DNA of 64,000 bases from the human T2T-CHM13v2.0 reference genome, Homo sapiens (GCF_009914755.1 NC_060930.1); one strand, 5' to 3'. Positions 45,095-59,321 are shown, numbered from the stretch's first letter. Notes: generated by a model not told the origin, from the sequence alone. Numbers and translations are program-made.

Positions 45095-45308
45095 CATTCT
45101 GTCCAATATGGTGGTCGCTGAAGATCTATGGCTATTTAAATTTAAAGTAAAATAGATTGACAATAGATAAAACTAAAAATTTAATTCCTCTGTCACAATA
45201 GCCCTGTTCAAATGTTTAGTAGCTCCATGTTGCTCGGGACAGCCAGGCTGGAAAGCCTAGGTATAGAGTATTTCCATCACTGCAGAAAGTTCTATTGGAC
45301 AGCGATGA
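45095..45308 (-). mobile_element. MER3 (hAT-Charlie)
   Basis: TIRs ctgtccaata / tattggacag; atttccatcactgcagaaagttct. Confidence 0.85.
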
Positions 45309-47220
45309 TCTAGGGTCATTGTAATGATCTGCTTTTGATCATCTGTTAATTTGGGTTAAAACAGTATGAATTGGGTTATTGCCATAAAAGGGAGGCAGAT
45401 CTGATAGCTGGAAGAGGTTCTGGCGTGTGTAGTGTGCTTTGGAAACTCTGGGAGAGCTACGTATTATGGGTTTGCTTTAGCGTATGTAACAGTGTTGGCC
45501 ACTGCAACTTTACCTGGTTTCAGAATCTGTATTCTAAATAGCTAACATTTTATTACATACACTGACTGTGCCACTCACTGGTTTTGATTGTTGTTTCTCT
45601 GGTGAGTGGACCAGGTAAAGAGCAGCCACAAATTCAAACTAATTTAGAAAGAAATCCTAAGGCAGAGAGTCTTAAGTTACAGAACTACTTGTTTAAGTTC
45701 GTTTTGTAGTCTGGAGACTGTCCTACAGAAATTCACCCTTGAAGGCCGCAGGGAGTTCAGCAAGCCTGTCTGGTGGCTGTCTGTCTAAGTTCCTTGAGGC
45801 AAAAAAAAGAGACAATGGATCCTTGTTTTTTTGACAGCTTTATTGAATGTATTCAGTCCTAAGTTCTGAATAATTTGCTTAACTAGAGATATATTGCACA
45901 GTGAGTAAAATTTTCTTGGTATGAAATTTAATCCTCATAGTATCTTCAGAATAATTTTAACACTTGCCAGATCTCTTTGTCTACTACCCAGTTCTGGGTA
46001 AATGTCCAAATGCCTTTACTTGTTGAAAAGAACTCTACTCTGCATTGCTGATTTGTTATTCCTGGTAACAGCCAGAAGTACAGAAAATATACGTGTTTAA
46101 AAAAAAATAAGGAAGATGATTGGTTTTAATGTTTCTCTTGATCTTGCTCCCTTCAAGCATATAATAATTTACCAGTTTTCTCTCCCAATTCTTACGTTTC
46201 TCTTTCATTGATAGACAAATAGAACAGTGTTTGAAAGATCATTTACAGATTGCACAGTTAGCTCAATGGTAATAAAAAATGACTGGATAAGTCTCACCAC
46301 CAAGGGCTTACATGAAGTTGAATGTGAACTTGGAGAACAATTTTATGTTCAGCCAGCTCTGGTTGTTCTTTAAAATCTTTTATGATTATACATTTCTTCA
46401 TTTAAAATTGTTTGCTGTAAGTTTTAATAGGAAGTGTTTTCTTCATTAAGATGTTCTGATTCTGTCCCCCTTTTTGTAACCAGACTCCACGCATATTATA
46501 AGCATGAACAAACAGTCACTGCACAGGCACCAGTGAGCCCCTTCCTTTAACAGATCTATTTATAAACGCTGAAGCAGGAGCGAGTGGGTGGGTTCATGTC
46601 TCCTGTGATATAATCTTGCCTTCCTGTGTTTGGGAGCTTACAAAGGATGACAGCTGTTTATCATCCTTCCACATTTCTATCCAATCTAAACCTGGTTGGG
46701 CTAAAATGTAGAAAGCCTCTGTACTCAATCAAGAGTGCATGCCCGAGAGCCTCCATAGCAGATGGGCTTCACAACATTGACTATCCTGAAAGTTTTCTCT
46801 CCTTAAATGATAACCTTACTTACTGCAGTTGCCATCCTTGAAACTGGCTCTTCTGAGAGTGGCAAATTATTTAGGTTGCATTAGTTTTGTAGGTTTGGTT
46901 TTGAACAAGCCGAAGAATTTGATTAGTATAATCATCTCTATTCATCTCTTTTTGCAAATGATTTATCAAGACTTGAACAGCAACTGAGCAACTCTTCTTG
47001 AAAAAACGGGAGGATAATGTTTAATTTGCAGTATGGTGGTCTTTTAAAATTCGTGTTTTTTTGCTTGGCAGCTCCGAACAGAAGACAAATATAAAATGGG
47101 AGATGCTAGGTTTCTAAGTAGCAGTTGTCCCATGGTTAAGCTGAAGTGCTTTCTTAACATAAGGGTTTATAGGAGTGAATGAAGGCGGGCAAGGAAAATA
47201 TTGACTCTATCCTATTACAA

Positions 47221-47293
47221 TAACACTGATGAAGTTCTAGATACTTCTCTATATGCTATTAAAGTAACACTGATGAAGTTCTAGATACTTCTC
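47221..47293. repeat. perfect 29-bp direct repeat, period 44
   Basis: taacactgatgaagttctagatacttctc at 47221-47249 and 47265-47293. Confidence 0.95.
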
Positions 47294-49399
47294 ATTCTGT
47301 GGCAAAGGAAGCTGTCAGTATACATGCAAAAAAAAGAAAAAAAGAAGGTTATGCAAAGTTTGGGTTTTCTTTGTTCTTAGTCCTTGCTTGGGATTTTGAG
47401 GAAAATGGAATGTATTTCTATTTTCTATTTCACTTGATTTTCTCATCTTTCATATTTGGCCAGCTACTTTCTGAGAACATATTGTACACATGTTCTGATG
47501 CTGTTTGAAGGCCCTGTGAGAGACAAGAGTTGATTGAAAGCTCTCAGTTCTCCTGAAGTGGGTGGCCAAAGAGCTGAAACTGAACAGCTGCTGTACACCC
47601 ATTGAACTTTTGTCATTTATAAATTATTTTCCATGCCATCTGGAGCAAGAATGGTGCCATGGTTTAGAGAAGCTCTTTGTGGGGTACATTTCATATCCAG
47701 TGCTTATATAGCTTGCTTATTACCACATTCAACTGAAGTTTTAAAATCTTTATTTGCTTGGAGGCTTAAGGATGTGAATAAATATGAGTGATTTCTTTAA
47801 ATGTTATATGAAAAACACCACCTCCACCTCTACCAACGTTTTTCCCTCCCTCTCTCCTTTCCAGTGACTACATCCTGCCTGCTTTCAGCTCCAGTGGAAA
47901 ATGCATTAATCCCAGAGTCTCCGTGAGGTTTCCTGTTTGATGACATAATCAGAAAATCCTCCTCACATTGCCCTTGGGGTTGCTGTCTGGATGTTATGTT
48001 GTCTTGGTGGGTGTAACTCAGCCATCAAAAAAATCAGCACAGGCCATAAACTCAGGACCTGAAATGCATTAATATAATGTTAAACGAAATAACGCTGTGG
48101 GTATGTCTGCAGCACTGGTAGGGAATTTCATTAAACTGCAGATTCTCCCTGGCATCAGATGCATTGGCTGGTGACTCCGGTACATATGGCATGAGCTGCT
48201 GCAATGCCACTAGCAGGAGGTATTTGAACTGCTCCAGTGTAAGCTGTTAGACTACATCTCGTGGAAAAATAACACACACCCTTGACTACCAGAGTTTGGT
48301 AGTGTTGATTTAAGTAGTTCTTCCCTTCCATTCCCCTCTGGGGCAGCCTGTTTACCTAATAACGTTTTGCCTTTGGTGTTGATCACAGGAAGCTGCGAAA
48401 AAGAAAACTAGTGGGAAGAGTCAGAAATAGAAGATGAGGATACACTTTAAAATGAGAAAAGCAAAAGATGGCATCTGACATGTAGAGTGGGTTTTAAAAG
48501 TTTTAAAGATAAGATATTGTGAGGCAGAAACTTCAGTAGCTGTGAATATAGTTGGAAAGAAGAAACCTTGATATAAAAGTAGAACCAAGAGTAGGATATT
48601 TAGATACCAAAGGGCACGTACAATTTTACAAGTTTAGAAGATGTTGGCATAGGAAATTGAGCATATGCTTAAATATGGATTTCCTTTGCTATTTGGAGAA
48701 TTTTTTATATTTTTTTTATTGTTTTGGTAGGCTGCCATAACCCTCCATTTGGTTGTCTTGGATGGAATATCTCTTGCCTTGGATCTTGGAAATCCAAGCT
48801 TGATTGGCACTTGGTCAGGATGAGAACAAGGAATGGGCCTCTTAGGATGTTTTACAAGTTCTAGAAGTTACCTCCATGATCCTCCCTCCTGTCGTTGTAC
48901 CAGACTCTTTCTTGCATGTGTCTTCCTGGGGGTGGAGAGAGGTGGTGAGGGAGCTGGTGGGAGAAGCAGGCAAGATACAGCTTGATAGAGCTTCACTGGA
49001 GAGAAGTTAAAGAGGAAGGAGAGGTCTAAGCTCTAGCCAGTTGAAAGCCTGGGGTGATGTCACCATTCCTACCTCCTTATATCAGAAATATTCTTGGGTT
49101 TTCCATAATGTATTCCAAGCAGCGGGACACCTTTCACAGATGCTTCTCCTGTGTTAGGGGAATCTGGACTAATATAACACTAGGAGGGAGAAAATTGTGT
49201 TTCTTTATCGCTACTGTGAACGTTGTTGTTTTTTAAAATTTACAGCTGACTACTGAATAAACTCTAAAACTTGGAGTTCTGGATTTCAGGTTCTGTGATC
49301 TGTTTTCTTGTATAGCTCTGTGATGGTTACGTGACCAAGCTGTGAGCATTTACTCTCAAAACAGCTTCATTTAAACCATCCTATGCCTTGTACTAGAAT

Positions 49400-50540
49400 A
49401 ATGCTACCCCAGAGCGGGAAGGGCTCTTAAAGATCACATCTAATGGGTGAACCTCTTTACCCAGGTGTGTTGTGACAAGAGTGGGGGAGACTATGATCCT
49501 TTTTATTCTAGATATGTAGCGCAGCTTGGTTGTGTTAGTGAATGTACCATCTCACACATCATATTGAGCTGAATGTTTCAGGACATCCTTGGGGACAAAA
49601 TGTTACCTATATGGTCACACTGGGAATCTATTTGAAATTATTAGATATTGCTCCTCATTTCTGCTTGTCAAGATCTTTTTGAATCCTGCATCTATAGCTA
49701 TTGCCTGTCCCAGGTTTTGGTCCCAATGTGAAGTCAAAAAGACTCGATACATGAGGTTAAATCCTGGCTCTACTGTGTTCTGGCTTTGTTACATCAAATG
49801 AATAATTTAACTGCAGTAAGTTTCAGTTTTCTTATCTGTAAAATGGAAAATAGAATGTTCTGCCTCCCCTGTTGAATAGTTGTGAAGGTGAAGAATAATA
49901 GTGCATATAGAGATGTTTGAAAAAATAAAGCACCACACAAATACTAGTTTTTATTAAGCGACCTGAAAATATGATAAATACTCTTTCTTTGGCTTCATCC
50001 AGGTCATTTGTTTAAAAAAAAAATGATGAAGCAAAGGGACCAAGGATAAAACCCTGCCTCTAGGGACCTTCCAGAGAGTGGCAGTGATGGGATGTTGACA
50101 GCCTTTGGTTCATGTGTTTATTAGTCTAATAAACTGCCCTAGCATTCTGCCCATATTTTCACATCTTGTCCTTTAAGTTGTCCTGGGAGCCCTTGTCAGA
50201 TTCCTTACTCAAGTTCAAATACATTATGTCCACAGTGTTTCCCTGATCTGCCAGGCTACCAGCCTTGTCAGAGAAGGAAGTGAGGTTTGTCTTGTCCCTA
50301 TTGAACCCACACTGTCCGCCAGGACTGGTGCTTTCTTTTCTGAGTAGTTACAAACCATTCTTTTAACACTCTGCCAAGAATCTTGTCCAGGATCAACAGT
50401 AAACGCACTGGTGGTGTGCAGTATTGGGATTCTCTCTTCCTTTTTGTTTTTCTTTCTTGTCTTCTTCAAAGTGGGAACTCATTTCCCCCATCTCCAGTCT
50501 TCTGGCACCAGTTCTGTTTCTCCATCAGTATTTCCAGGAA
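49400..50540 (-). mobile_element. L3/CR1 reverse-transcriptase remnant interrupted by a MIR (about 49725-49950, +)
   Basis: minus translation YLNLSKESDKGS (cf. YLDFSKAFDKVS) and QGFILGP...NDLDE (cf. QGSVLGP...NDLD). Confidence 0.75.
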
Positions 50541-50949
50541 GGGGAATTGAAGAGCAGTTAACTTTTGCTTGAGTCCAGGTTGCAGTCACACTGACATTTG
50601 GTGGCTCATCTCATTTTTGCTGAGGTTGTGGTAAATGCTTAGCAGCAGTGGGATGTGTTTACTGCTCTAAATTCATAATAGTTAAAATCCATGTAATGGG
50701 AAGACCTTAGAAATATATTCCTACCTAATATGAATGCATTTTAAAATCCAGTATTGTTTTTAGTTCCCTTATGAAAACAAAACCAACAATTTAAAAAGCT
50801 AGATTTTTTTGTACTGAAGAGCCCAAGAAAGCCCATTAAATACAATTTTTAGTTTGCCTGGTTAATATGGGCATGAAAAAAATAATATAATTTAAAATAA
50901 TATATCCTTAAGGTTTTATTCTAAACAATAATACTAATAAAAATTGCTA

Positions 50950-51170
50950 TTTAGTGAAGAGCTATTGTATTCTATGCTGTATATCAGACATTTTACATTT
51001 ATTACCTTATGTAGTACAATTACTCTGCAAGGGTAAGGGTTTGCACATTTTGGATATGAGAAAACTGAGGCTCAGACAGCTTTAGTACAGTGCTTAATAA
51101 GTGCCAAACTGGAATTTGAATTTAGATCACCTGACTGCAGAGCCTCAGATTTTCCATTATAGCACAGTGT
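50950..51170 (-). mobile_element. MIR
   Basis: gatatgagaaaactgaggctcaga...ggaatttgaat. Confidence 0.7.
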
Positions 51171-51649
51171 AGCTTTAAATGATGTTTTCCATTTGACTTT
51201 AAAATTTTTAACTTATTTAGTATTATGATAACCATGCTGAGTGACCTTTAACTTGGGCCATGTCAGTGGGAATTGCTTAAATAAAGCTGTGTTTTATTAA
51301 TAAGTAGAGTGATGATTGAATTGGACTGCTTTAAAAATTTCTAAATTAAAAAAAATTACCAATGAAAAAAGAGCTGCTTTTATCAATTGGTGGTCTTAAG
51401 TGGAGATTTTGCTTTATTTATCTGTTTTTTTACAAATCCATTAATGGTCCTTTTCTTTAACACCCCATCAATCAACTCAGACTCTCCCATTGATAAGGAT
51501 ACCTCACTGAAAGAAATCAATTCTCCTTTGTCATTTTGACAGGAATTAACTAAAAAGGTGGGTTAATCCAGAAGCAACAGGAAAATACCTGCAGGCTACG
51601 ACTAAAACCTAATTTTGTAAAATCAAAATTGTCATAATATTTCACAGTT

Positions 51650-51970
51650 GGCCAGGCACGGTGGCTCATGCCTGTAATCCCAGCACTTTGAGAGGCTGAG
51701 GCAGGTGGATCCGTTGAGGTCAGGAGCTCGAGATGAGCCTGGCCAACATGGCGAAACCCTGTCTCCATGAAAAATACAAAAATTAGCCAGGCGTGGTGGT
51801 GTGCACCTGTAATCCCAGCCACTCGGAAAGCTGAGGCAGAAGAATCGCTTGAGCCTGGGAGGTGGAGGTTGCAGATCTGAGATCACGCCATTGCACTCCA
51901 GCCTGGGAGACAGAGCGACACTCTGTCTCAAAAAAAAAAAAAAAAAAAAAAAAAAGAAAGAAGAAAAAAG
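51650..51970 (+). mobile_element. AluS
   Basis: TSD aatattt(c/t)acagtt. Confidence 0.95.
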
Positions 51971-53024
51971 AATATTTTACAGTTCATGATAACAAAGGGC
52001 TTTGTCTCTTTTCCATAGTAAAGATAAATTTGCCATATGAATGTGAGAGTTTAACACTACTTTTGTCTTTTCATTGCGGCATTCACATCCCATTGCCCGA
52101 TGCTATAGAAAGGCTCAAGATAGTGTAAGCTCTGTTTCCCAAGGCTTGGTTTGGAATTTAAACCATTTTAATAGGGAACTGTATAAGAAAATCTCGTGTA
52201 ATGCCTGAAAAATGTATAGTTTCAGATCTGGTGCATGAGGCTGTTTGCTGGCTCTGACACAGGATTTTTGTAAGAGTGACCCATAAGAATCTTTGGAAAG
52301 GAGAATTTTCATTAACACAGGGTGTTCAAAGCTGTGTTTGAACCAGTAGGAGCCCAACAGCTCTACACACAGAGTGTTCTAACAGTGCATTGTCAGAGGG
52401 TAATAAACCCAAGAGCTGCATCTATAAAGTCTTATTTTGAAAGCTGATTGCTAACACGTGAACACTTACCATGATTATGGCCAAAATTAGAGCTTGTTGT
52501 TTTTATAATACTTACAGAAATTCATTTTTAAAGAACTTTAAAAATTAAACATTAATATCCTCTCTACTTAGCTGTGTGATACAAAGTGTTCAGGAAAATT
52601 TATGTCTCTTGTAGTTCATGTTTATCCCTAGGCTGAAAAACTTTAAACCATTTTTAGCCCCTTCCTTCGAGGATATTGCCTAGCTTTTTGATTTATGTAA
52701 CTTAGATTATGTAGGTCAATTCGTTGACTAGAAACTCATCTAAATAAGGTTTACTTCTGAATCTTGGTGTTTAAATACCTTTGGGGGAAAATGTGCTTAA
52801 CTAAATGTTTTTTTCTTAAAGTAAGGCAGTAACCATTGAGTGTTTGTTTTTTCATTAACTTTTTTTTTAAATTTTAAGTTATGCTTTTTAGAAATATCAA
52901 AGTCGTTTTGTATGTTTGTTTCTTCGGTAGTATATTTGGAAACCTTTGGAAAATAGGTTTATGTTTTGTTGTTTATAGCCATTATAATATAAACCTTGAG
53001 GCTGGATAATCTTTCTGGATATTT

Positions 53025-53169
53025 CTTTTCTTTTTTTTTAAATTTTACTTTAAGTTCTGGGACACATGTGCAGAATGTGGAGGTTTGTTACATAGGTATA
53101 TGTGTACCATGGTGGTTTGCCGCACCTATCGACCTGTCCTCCAAGTTTCTTCCCCTCGCCCCCCAACCC
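53025..53169 (-). mobile_element. very short 5'-truncated L1PA 3' end
   Basis: tactttaagttctgggacacatgtgcag...ccatggtggtttgc; TSD ctggatatttcttt. Confidence 0.9.
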
Positions 53170-53179
53170 TGGATATTTC

Positions 53180-53496
53180 TTTTTTTCTTTTTTTTTTTTT
53201 TTTTTTTTTTGAGACGGAGTCTCGCTCTGTTGCCCAGGCTGGAGTGCAGTGAGTGGCGCGATCTCGGCTCACTGCAAGCTCCGCCTCCCAGGTTCACGCC
53301 ATTCTTCTGCCTCAGCCTCCCGAGTAGCTGGGACTACAGGCGCCCGCCACCACGCCCGGCTAATTTTTTTGTATTTTCAGTAGAGACAGGGTTTCACTGT
53401 GTTAGCCAGGATGGTCTCGATCTCCTGACCTCGTGATCTGCCCGCCTCGGCCTTCCAAAGTGCTAGGATTACAGGCGTGAGCCACTGCGCCCAGCC
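53180..53496 (-). mobile_element. AluY
   Basis: Y diagnostics; TSD tatttctt. Confidence 0.95.
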
Positions 53497-53781
53497 GTTA
53501 TTTCTTAAAGAAGTATTAAATACTAGTCCAGTTTAATTTGCCATAAGTTTTAAACTCCTTTCTTGGTCTCTTGATATCTCCCAATACTCGATTCCTACAG
53601 GTAAAGCAAGTGATTACTATTTGGTTTTGAAATGATATGGGATGTTTAAAAAATGGTAAAACTCTAAGGTACGATTATATGATTACACTATTCTCAGCCT
53701 CTTTGAGTCAACACTTTGGGTGAAGAACAATACTTGTGTTCCTAAAAATAAATACTTTGTCCATTTCCCCATGAATAGTAA

Positions 53782-54109
<328 letters not shown>

Positions 54110-54144
54110 AAAGAAATTCTTTTAGCAATTCTATAAGTGACTGA

Positions 54145-54792
<648 letters not shown>

Positions 54793-54971
54793 TTTTTTAA
54801 ATTTTTAAATAAGAGACAGATTGTCACTGTGTTCTCCAGGCTGGAGTTTAGTGGCTATTCACAGGTGTGATCATAATGCACTATAGCCTTGAACTCCTGG
54901 ACTCCTAGGCTCAAGCAATCCTGTCTCAGCTTCCTATCTGGGAGTACAGGTGTGCACCACAGTGCCCAGCT
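54793..54971 (-). mobile_element. old Alu monomer (FRAM/FAM-like)
   Basis: ggctattcacaggtgtgatcata...gcaccacagtgcccagc. Confidence 0.75.
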
Positions 54972-55099
54972 TTGAGATTTTGAATAAACTCAGTGGTGAA
55001 TGTAGTTATGCTAAATTAGGCTGTTATTACTTTATTATTTTAATTCCAAATGCAAGATAATATGCCGAGCTGTTAAACAGGTTTCTATAATTTAAAAGG

Positions 55100-55540
55100 G
55101 ACTGAGATCACACGAAGTATTTGCTCTGGCCATAGTGAAATTAAATTAGAAGTTAATAACAAAGCCATCAAGAAAATTCCCCACCTTTGAAAATTAAACA
55201 GCACACTTCTAAATAACTCATAGGTCAAAGAAGAAATCAGAAGTACGATTAGAATAGGTTTTGCAGTGATGATGATATATACCCAAATATATCAAAATCT
55301 GGAAGAGATGCAGTTCAAACACTGCTTAGAAGGAATTTTATTTGCTTTAAATGGTTCTGTTAGGAAATTAAAAAGTACGATTTTGAATGTATACAAACAT
55401 AGTTGGTAAAACTATCAAGAAATGCCAGACAAAAATCAGAAGAGTGGTTGCCCTTGAGGAAGGAAGGGATGTGATTTGGGAGAAACCCACAGAGGGGCTG
55501 CAAATGTTCAATTTCTTTAGCTGACGCATTATATTGGTGT
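55100..55540 (+). mobile_element. old L1 ORF2/3' fragments
   Basis: translates to H.EIKLEVNNK...KLNSTLLNNS*VKEEI, the L1 ORF2 post-endonuclease motif. Confidence 0.75.
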
Positions 55541-55543
55541 CCA

Positions 55544-55920
55544 TTACAGGCTGAGTTATATCCGTCTATAATTTATATGTTGAAGTCTCAACCCTCAGAA
55601 CCTCAGAATGTGACTATTATTAGACATATGGCCTATAAAGAGGTGATTACATTAAAATGAGGCCATTGGGGTAAGCCCTCATCTAATCATATGAGGATGA
55701 AGAAAAGACATCAGGGATGCTTGTGCCCAGGAGGACCACCATGTCAAGAGGCAGTAAGAGGGTGGCCGTCTACAGGGCAAGGAGAAAGACTTCAGGAGAA
55801 ACTCACCCTGCTGGCACTGTGATCTTGGACTTCCAGCCTCCAGAGCTGTGGGACAATTTCTGTTGTTTAAGTCCTGCAGTCTGTGGTCTTTTGTTACGGC
55901 AGCCTTAGTAGACTAATACA
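55544..55920 (+). mobile_element. MLT1B-type solo LTR
   Basis: cctcagaatgtgacta...gatcttggacttccagcctccagagctgtg...gactaataca. Confidence 0.85.
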
Positions 55921-56686
55921 GTATTCATATTTTAAAAAGTTCTTTATCTTTACACCTGTCATAAACATTTTTGTATCTATTCACTATAAGTCAATTGCAA
56001 ATGAATAATAAATGGATAATGTCATACTGAGCCTGAAAGTTGCCCTTTTGTGTCAGAGCATGCTAATGACATTTTTCAGGACTCCAGTTTTAATGTTTAA
56101 ACTATGGGAGTAGCTATGTGTAAATATTTAAAATGTGACAGATAGTACTATCACTTGCAGTGATTTTATACCTCCTAGTTGGGAGGTTAAATGAGAAAAA
56201 CCTCGGTAAAGTCCTTATAATGTGTGCCTGGCATAATACGTGTTAGCTGTGATTATTACTAGTACTGTGTTTCTTATGCTTATTTCATTGCAGTTTCATT
56301 TTCTTAAGAGGTATAGGCTCTAAAATGAATCTCATATAGTAGACCTTGGGAAAAAGGTGGCGAGTTAAATTTGTAGAGAATATAGCTGTTTCCACTGGCC
56401 TGAGGTTCAAACAGTTTAGAGTGAGATTGTGAGCACCCTCTTAGGGACAGACACATCTCTGTTCTGCCTCCAGCTCCAACACAGTTCTCTGCCTTTTGGG
56501 ATTGGGCAGCAGCAGCAACAGATAATGAGAGACGAATTTGTCATTCCAGAGCTACTTTTGCCTTTAGGATCACGTCTGTGCTTTTTCCAGGAGAAGGTAG
56601 AAAAGAAAGAGAAGGGAGGGTTTGGTGGTTTTGAGCTATGGAGACCTAACTTTATGGACCAAAATGGCACACAGGCTGTGCAGGTT

Positions 56687-56717
56687 TGTGTGTGTGTGTG
56701 TGTGTACATATATGTAC
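56687..56717. repeat. (TG)n plus palindrome gtacatatatgtac
   Basis: continuous purine-pyrimidine alternation. Confidence 0.85.
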
Positions 56718-56980
56718 GGGTATACTAACATCAGGCATACAGAAATTATTTGCTGCGAGAATGTCATTAGAATGTCATTAATAGCACATTGCTGTTGAAT
56801 GAAGGATGAAAAGTGTACCTGAGCACCCTGTTATTATTGAGCAATGAGAATTAAGCAATTTCTCTTTAAATTCTCTGTCCCTAAATACATCTCATTCTGC
56901 TTCTGCTTCTCCTCTCCTTCCTTCCCCAATTTAGCTCTCCCACTCTCCCTCTTTATCTCTTCTCCTCCCTCTCTCTCCAG

Positions 56981-57086
56981 TCCACCACAGTGCCTGGAAT
57001 TCTGCATTTAGAAATTTGCTCTTTGGATTAAAGACACTGTGGCCTTTTCCAAGAATTTCCTTTTAAATCACGAATATTCTTGGAAG
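56981..57086 (+). other. candidate non-coding exon, 106 nt
   Basis: long polypyrimidine tract ending ctctctccag; AAG|gtaaga donor; no ATG, all frames closed. Confidence 0.45.
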
Positions 57087-58756
57087 GTAAGACATGGCAT
57101 CTCCCTGTGAAGGGTTGACGCATTCGATTGCTTTGGCATATGGTAGCTTGGACTGAGTAGAGGAGGGAGGAGTGTTTTTGGAGAGGTATCCATTATTGGG
57201 GCTCTGTAGTCCTCATTCTAGGGCATCTACTCCTAGGGACTTCACTTATCTGCTAGAGCATCTTAACTTTGTGTTTTTATTTTGATAACAATAAACTGAT
57301 ATCAATACATTCTGAATCATCTGAATAATAATTTCATAACAAGGTCATCCCATGAAACTTCAGCACCTGTGTTTATATTTGTGTCTGCCCCTAAATCTTT
57401 GTGTCTGGCTAATGACTGACTCGTAAATGATGTATTTCCACCAAGATTAGGCTGGATGACATCATTTTTTGCTGTGTCTAATAGAAAGAGTGGCAAGAGA
57501 ATTGAGCTGTCCTTCTGCCTGGAGTAAGGAAAACAGTCCCAGCTCATAAGAACCTTGGCTGTAGTCTCAGTGCCATTATCACACTGCAAGAGAACAATTA
57601 GTTGTAGCAAAACCTCTTCTGCCACATTCCATGAATATTGTTAAATTGTGTTGGTTTTATAACTTTTCTTGAATTTTTCTTATACATTTATTTCGGTTTT
57701 GTAGTTGCCTAGGAGTTACAAGCCTAAGGAGTTACTCCTAGTTGTGTTTGTACAAATTTTGAAAACATAATACAATAATTTAAGTCAATAGTGGGAGTAA
57801 ACTTTTATAGACCACTTAGGTTTAAGAAATGATGGTCGGGTGTGTAGCAGAGCCTGCCAAGCCTGGGTGAGTGCTGCAAGGAGGGATCCCGGGAAGGGAT
57901 GGGAAAGGTGGAGGAGGTCAGGATGAAAGCGATGGATGCTTGAGAATGAAAAGGATGGTTATTTTATAGGTGGCTGGAATGAATAAAGGGGAGCTAGAAA
58001 AGGATTTCAGAAAGCCCTCCCAAAATTTAACCAACTTCACAATTTGGCCTGTAGCTGGCTATCTTGTTAGGTTATTAAATAATTGAAGGTAAACCTGACA
58101 TCTCTCTTCTGGATTACTTAAAAAAAATGCATTTCTAAAGCAATTCATTTTGAAAATTGGGGTCAGTGACCTCTACAAATCAAGGTAAAATGGTGCCAGA
58201 CCCTTTTTATTTAGCCATTGGTCAGTCTGTCGCTTGCACAAAAAGCAAATGGAGTGAACAACAGTTAGACGGGGAGGTGGAGGGGGGGACAGGCAGGTAG
58301 TCAGAGAGCCGACCCTCCTGCCTCATATATTTTGGTGGCGCCTCATGCTAATGCTGAGTTTGTGTGCTTAAATGGTACTGAGATAAAACTATTTTTTGTA
58401 TCCTTTATAGTTCTTCATTCACAAATCCTACTTTTAGATGGATTCAAAGATGAACCAGTTTTACATGAAATTCAGGGAAAGGGAGTTGTATCCCCTAGTT
58501 TCTTCTGCGGTTGACAGAGCGGGAAAGGAACTTGAGCTAAATGACCTTAAAATCTGTTAAGAGATTTTAGTTTAATGGAAGTATAACCCTCCCTAAATCT
58601 GAATAAAAATGCCAAAATCTTTTCAAAGTGAACATAGGTTGGAAAGTTAACATATTGGTGATTATCTCAATGAAATATTACTACATAGAAATAATGACAG
58701 CATGAACTAAAGCATGGGATGTTATGATTTCTGGGCCCTTGGGCACGTTAGTAGAC

Positions 58757-59321
58757 AGTTGTCAGTCTTCACTGAACATTGGTAATAGTTGCTTGTAAAC
58801 TCTGACCTTAAGTGAAACTATATATAACAAAACCAGTTTTACCATAGGCTAATGGATATGGCATATTTTGGTCACAGAAACATCACCAAACATATAAACT
58901 AAGACCCAAAGCACTTCTAATGTTAAACTTTGAAATAAATGTGAGCTATACATAGACTTAAAGATTATTAAAAACAAGATAATTCAGTTCAGGGTCACAG
59001 GTGGCCGGGAGCCTCATCTGGCAGGCAGCTCAGGGTGGGCATCATCTCTGGACAGGCTGCCATCCAATCACAGGGTGTGCTCACACACACCCACACCCAC
59101 CCACAACATAGGAACAATGCAGACACGCCAATTCATCTGATGTGCACAGCTCTGGGATGTGGGAGGAAGCCTGACTATTTGGAGAAAACCTACCATAGAC
59201 GTGAGGAGAACATGCAGACTCCACCCAGACAGTGGCCCACATCTAGGAACTGAGTTTTTTTTTCTTATCATCATTATAACAAAACAGTGTTGAACATGAT
59301 GATGTTATTCCAGGACCTGCT
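58757..59321 (-). mobile_element. MER6/MER6A (TcMar-Tigger)
   Basis: gggatgtgggaggaag...ggagaacatgcagactccacccagacagtggccc; end gttattccaggacctgct. Confidence 0.85.

Noticed and set aside
47864-48100. Possible exon after a strong pyrimidine tract
   Set aside because: Good acceptor but only ambiguous donors; cannot be supported from sequence alone
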